Shown piece by piece: positions 58,708 to 64,000 of a stretch of 64,000 nt of DNA. The stretch's first letter is position 1, and each line of letters starts with the position of its first letter. The stretch is from Chrysomallon squamiferum (Eukaryota; Animalia; Mollusca). A model generated the notes under the pieces. It was not told the DNA's origin and did not search any database. It saw only the letters and a list, made by a program, of their open reading frames with translations. The DNA is taken from contig CM022674.1 in the NCBI GenBank assembly GCA_012295275.1, positions 9,796,001 through 9,860,000 on the forward strand. Reading direction: 5' to 3'. Made by a program: the position numbers and the translations under genes.

Positions 58708-59979
58708 AATGTACACTAGCGTTTACTAGTTTTAGCTTTCACGATAGCAAATACCAAACAAAATATATTTCGTTGTTGTTCTTGTCTGCAATTGTTGTAC
58801 TGTCTCTGCAGCTCCGCCTGCAAGCAGGAATAACACTGTTTGGCTACTGTGGTTTTTCATAAAGGTATTTATTAATTTATTTTACTTTATTATATTTTTT
58901 TTGTAACTATTTTATTCTGTTCGTGAGACTAATGTTCTAGCTTTACATAAATTATGTACCATTGACGAAGAAAGTGCTTATTCAGCTGGACTAAAATTAT
59001 TTAATTGTTAGAAAATTAAATACTACTACTATTAGAACTAGCACCTTTACTACTGCTATGTCTCTGTTAATTTTTCTCTTAAGCAAACGTTGTACCATTT
59101 GCTTTTATTAAAAATAGGCGCACCTCAGCAATTTATTTATGTATGTCAGTAGAAAAATACTTTCTAATTCATGGATTTTATTTCTTACGTTTTCCCCCCT
59201 CTCGTTATTAAATATTTGAATAATGTTATCCTCCGAGCAGGATATTTCTCAAACTGTCCATTAAAAAAAATAATCTGTTACTTTTTACCTAATTTCACTA
59301 ACTTGTCAAGTGTTATTTTGTAATATATTTTTATTTGAATTGATGATCTGAGCCATGAATTAAAACGGTATCAGCTTTGATTAGAAAAAGTATATAGCTA
59401 ACTGTTAATTTGGTTGAAGAAATAATAATAATAATAATAATGGTAATGGTAATAATAAAATCCTCTTTCTATCTATATCTTTCTCTGAGAGAGCTGGATT
59501 AGTTTGTTTTATCAGTACTGACAGGTAAATTAAGTATTATTAAGTGGAAATTGTCATTTTCCTCTAGCTTTGTTTCAAATGTTAGGAGAGTTAAAAATAT
59601 CCATCAGATAACAAATACCCGAATGGACTTTAGTCTGGTAGTGTCACAGAAACTTATTTTTTTTTTTTTTTTTTGTCCTCCCCGATTTATCAGTTCTTTG
59701 GAAGTCCACGGCAACCAAACTATTACACCTATTACATCTATCGAACGCCCGTCTGTGTCAACATGAACAGACGTTCATCGTCAAAACAGGATTGGTTACT
59801 TTTATTTACAATTATGTAATTACTATTACTACCAATACTACCACTACAACTTTAAACTTTGTTGTTTATAATAATAATAATAAAATCAAAGAATCTTTTT
59901 TTTTTTTTAATTTCTACCCCAGTTCATAGATACTGAACTGAAAAACGTCATTAGATTAACAATAAACAAGTAATTACAT

Positions 59980-60540
59980 CAAATATAAAAATATACAACA
60001 GCACTAAACTTCTCCACTAAATACAATATTTTATAATAAAATTAACTGCAAGTAATCGTACTAAATATTTTATACAATAAAAATGAGAAAACAATACAAC
60101 TAATATACAATATGATACAATTTAATGCGAGCAAGTAGTTACTTAAACATTTTATAGTATGACTAAATATTTTATTATACATTATTAGCGATCAAGAAAT
60201 CTTCTATATAAAATATTATACAATAAAATTGAGTAACTAATCATATTAAATACAACATTATACAAACAAAAGCGAGCAATAGTCCCACTAAATGAAATAA
60301 TCCAACTAATCTCACTAAATTATAATACAAAAAAGCTAGCAAATAATTACCCCACTAAAATGAGCAAGTAATCACACAAAATATTAAACTAAAATACAGC
60401 GTGATAGAATTTGAAGTAAAATACAATATAGTACAATATGAAACTGTTAATTTCATTAAAATACAATTTATTACAATATGAAACTGTTAATTTCATTAAA
60501 AATATAGTATAACAGAATTCAAATTATATAATCTAAAATA
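59980..60540. repeat. Degenerate ~41-44-bp AT-rich minisatellite
   Basis: Recurrent ACTAAATACAATATTATACAATAAAA..GAGCAAGTAAT variants; exact 30-nt repeat TACAATATGAAACTGTTAATTTCATTAAAA at a 41-nt period. Confidence 0.6.
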
Positions 60541-61194
60541 TAATTATTAAAATAAACACTATTTAAACAGTATTAATTGACATTGATAAGTTTCACAATT
60601 TTTTATTTTTGTAGTTTTATCATAATTATTATTACATCATCATCGTCGTCGTCGTTGTAGTAGTGGGCGTTATATTATTATTATTATTATTATTATTATT
60701 TGACATCGTATGGATTTATTTCAGTCAGAAATTTCATTCTTATTATATATTTTGTATTCATGATATAAAACGATATTCACCTAACCCCTCCTTACTTCGG
60801 CTGTTTGTTTTAAATTAGTCATTTGTTTGCCTGGCGACCACATATATTTAGCAAGGGTATATATTTTTACGTTGGCAGGGCTAAAGTCCATTTACTAATG
60901 TTTTGTTATCTTGGAATGTCAAAACGTCACCGCTGCCGATCGTTTTAAAAGCTGGAATGAAACCAGTTTTGACAAACAGGCTGTGACGCTGAACAGTTTA
61001 CATGGCTGGCTTCAACACTTCTCAAGATACTTGTAAGTAACTATCCGTAACTATATTACACCTGTTAAAAATATATTACGTTACTGCTGATGTGTTACTT
61101 GTGGCAGCTGAAGTTATAGGAAATCGTAATATATATTTCTTCAGTTAATTCATTTCGTCTTACAAACACGATCAGCATAATTATAATCATCGAC

Positions 61195-61235
<41 letters not shown>

Positions 61236-61372
61236 ATATGTTGTTATATTATTATTGTTGTTTACAGTGTTCAGCTAAAGTCTGCATGGGAATAAAACAT
61301 CTATGTGAAATAACTCAATTTATTTTCTACTAAAGAATAATAATTATTAGAAGATTTTAAAAGATTTCAGCA

Positions 61373-61994
61373 ATGACAGGTGTGTCAGTTTCTGTCATCG
61401 TCTTGTCGCTCTGCGTAGTTGTGGTTACTGGTCAGGCAGACTTAAACCACAGTATGACAATGGACAAACTTCCTATACGAGACAAGGCAATATACTTGGC
61501 GGACTACCTTATGAAGCATCCCGTTTTGTTTGGCCAAATAGAAAAAATCTTCTACGCAAGTAAGCCAATCCAAGAACAAGGCAGCAAAGGTCCTGGAGGA
61601 AAACTCTTACTGAACGCTGCACTGGACTATATGCCGTTGCTTCTTCAGAGTCCTGACTTTCTGGCAGACCTGAGTATCCTGGAGGACGAGATTAACAGAG
61701 TGAACCTCACTGACGTCATGATGTATCAGCAGTCGCACAATCTCAACACTTCTGATCCTCAGATGAAGAAGATGTTTTCTCAAGCGATGTTGGCTAGAGT
61801 TAACAAGCTGAGGACGATCAGGAGGATACTTATGCGCAAAAGCTTCCAAGATAGACTCGTTCGCCATAAGAACGACTCTGTTTCTGATCAGTGTTACGCC
61901 GAGACGATGGACTTCATGGACGGTTTGGTGGGAATTCAGATTCCAGACAAGTCCAATCCGTTTAACTTTAAAACTCTGCCCTGGGCTATCAAAA
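61373..61994 (+). CDS. First coding exon (copy A) of a putative NRF-6 / O-acyltransferase-like protein
   Basis: Acceptor atttcag|caATG; signal peptide MTGVSVSVIVLSLCVVVVTG; ends with SVSDQCYAETMDFMDGL...LPWAIK A|gtaagt, matching the start of the NRF domain (VS..C....L...WA..M.DA). Downstream exons are not in the window. Coding status is well supported; the family assignment is moderate. Confidence 0.75.
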
Positions 61995-62759
61995 GTAAGT
62001 CACACAAATTTTATCTTTACCTTATAAATTATTAAAACCTTTCATACCGTAGATGTGTTGTTGTCGTTACTGTTATTGTAATAGTATTTATTGTTATTGC
62101 ATTATTTATTATTTTTATTATCATTGTATTATTATTTTTATTATTATTATTAATATTGTTGTTGTTGTTGTTTGTTGTTGTTGTTGTTGTACTTTTTTCT
62201 ACTAGAAATATTTTTAATACAAACTCATAATTCAAAAATTAAATAACTGAAGAGATAAAACGCATTAATTAATGCTATATGTAATGATGACGAATTTATT
62301 ATCAAAACATTGGTATGTATATATATATATATATAGATAGATATTATTATTATTATTATTATTAAACATAGATAATCAAAGCTGATATCTACTGAGATAT
62401 ATATATATATATATATACTGTATAACCAAGTGTTTCTTGACTTCGATAGATTGAAATACAATATAATATTGAAGGATTTAAGTATTATAATTAGTATCTG
62501 AGGATTTTGAAACTTCTCCTTAAGGCATTATTATATTAAAATTAAAATTATTGGCTGTTAAAATGCATCCAGATAATCTACACAACGTACTATCAAGTTA
62601 TGCATGCAGGAACCAGTGTCTCATCTATATGCTCTCTGTATACTGTATAATGTGTATATGTATGTATGTGTGTGTGTTGTGTGTGTTTGTGTGTGTGTTT
62701 GTGTGTGTGTTTTGTGTGTGTGTGTGTATATATGTATATATAATGTGTGTTTGTGTATG

Positions 62760-62799
<40 letters not shown>

Positions 62800-63024
62800 A
62801 CATACACACATATTATACAGATATAAACAAAGCGGATAGATGTGACACTGGTTCCTTCATTTTCTATTCGAACATTATTAAAATAACAAACGTTACCCTT
62901 TTTATAATTTTATATCCTTATACTACTTTTATCTTTAAATCAAATATGAGGCATATATTTAATTATATATATATATATAGATCTGTATAATGTGTGTGTA
63001 TGTGTATATGTGTGTATATGTGTT

Positions 63025-63067
<43 letters not shown>

Positions 63068-63275
63068 TATAATGTGTGTGTGTGTCTGAGTATATGTATG
63101 AGTAGGCATATAAATCACTTGATCTTCTTATGCATGTGTATGTGGTCCAAGTTTTGCCATTCTTTCTTTTCATCTTTCTGTCTCGCTCTCTTTCTTTTCA
63201 TCTTTCTGTCTCGCTCTCTTTCTTTCTGTACATGTCGTGTGTACCTATGCGTGTATATTAGTGTTCGTTCGTTGT

Positions 63276-63307
<32 letters not shown>

Positions 63308-63622
63308 CTAAAGACCGTGTTCAGATATGTTCAGGATAATCTATTAGCAGATGAGGACAAAGTTCTTCCGAGATGTCCCAGTTGTTTTTCTATGTTACCG
63401 TGTTAGTATAAAAATACAGAATATCGTATCTGTGAAAACAAAGCTTGTGGTTTGCTGGTAGATAGTCCGATATTGTTTACATTATTATGCAGTAACCTGC
63501 AACTGAGAAATACAATTTTTAATCAGAGAAAAATTGTGATAATTATCTTTATTTAACAAGAAGTGAAGCAAACACAGGACTCGAAGATCGTATAAAGTAA
63601 AAACATCTTGAAATTTCCAAAA

Positions 63623-64000
63623 ATGAAAATGAATTATTTGTTTATAATGGTGTCTGTAGTTTCTGCCTGTTTCGTATTGATCGACGGACAGGCAGACTTG
63701 AGCAGCAACAAGACAATAACAATGGACAGGTTACCACTACGAGACAAAGCGATTTACCTCGCTGCTTACCTTGTTGACCACCCAGCTCTGTTCTCCCAGT
63801 TAGAAAACATCTACTCAGCCAGTCAGCCGCTGAGACAAGAAGCAAGTAAAAGTCCTGCAGGCAGTTTACTGAAGAATGCCATACTGGATTTGATTCCTGT
63901 TCTTCTTCAGAATAAGGAATTCCTCTCTGATTTGGCCGTCCTGGAAGACGAGATGAGTAAAGTGAATCTAACTGACGTGATAAGTTATAAGAAGATGCAC
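63623..64000 (+). CDS. Paralogous first coding exon (copy B) of the same NRF-6-like locus, truncated by window end
   Basis: Absent from the ORF track. Reads MKMNYLFIMVSVVSACFVLIDGQADLSSNKTITMDRLPLRDKAIYLAAYLVDHPALFSQLENIYSASQPLRQEASKSPAGSLLKNAILDLIPVLLQNKEFLSDLAVLEDEMSKVNLTDVISYKKMH; about 61 of ~103 aligned residues identical to copy A by hand count. Confidence 0.88.
   Translation, partial: MKMNYLFIMVSVVSACFVLIDGQADLSSNKTITMDRLPLRDKAIYLAAYLVDHPALFSQLENIYSASQPLRQEASKSPAGSLLKNAILDLIPVLLQNKEFLSDLAVLEDEMSKVNLTDVISYKKMH

Overview
AT-rich, microsatellite-rich, intron-containing animal genomic DNA; a lophotrochozoan such as a mollusc is my inference from composition and gene style. Genes reconstructed by hand from splice sites and reading phase: (1) a two-exon rhodopsin-class GPCR (+, 5240-6985) with an NRY motif and a 6x30-bp coding repeat in intracellular loop 3; (2) a large multi-exon gene (+, ~16861-41641) for a ~1330-aa protein with three PH domains and a C-terminal coiled coil; (3) SLC33A1 acetyl-CoA transporter (-, 8 exons); (4) SCO1 (+, 7 exons), head-to-head with SLC33A1; (5) PSMC2/Rpt1 (-, 11 exons), with an internally deleted Tc1/mariner element in intron 9; (6) the start of an NRF-6/O-acyltransferase-like locus. 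A decayed FLYWCH-MULE transposon lies between two arrays of the same 33-bp minisatellite. Two features stand out. The NRF-6-like locus has two paralogous signal-peptide-bearing first exons in tandem with no gene body between them, a candidate variable-first-exon system. An SLC33A1 intron holds about 15 tandem copies of the next exon's own splice acceptor (AG|GT). All exon calls are predictions without transcript data. Most ORFs in the supplied track are microsatellite artefacts.
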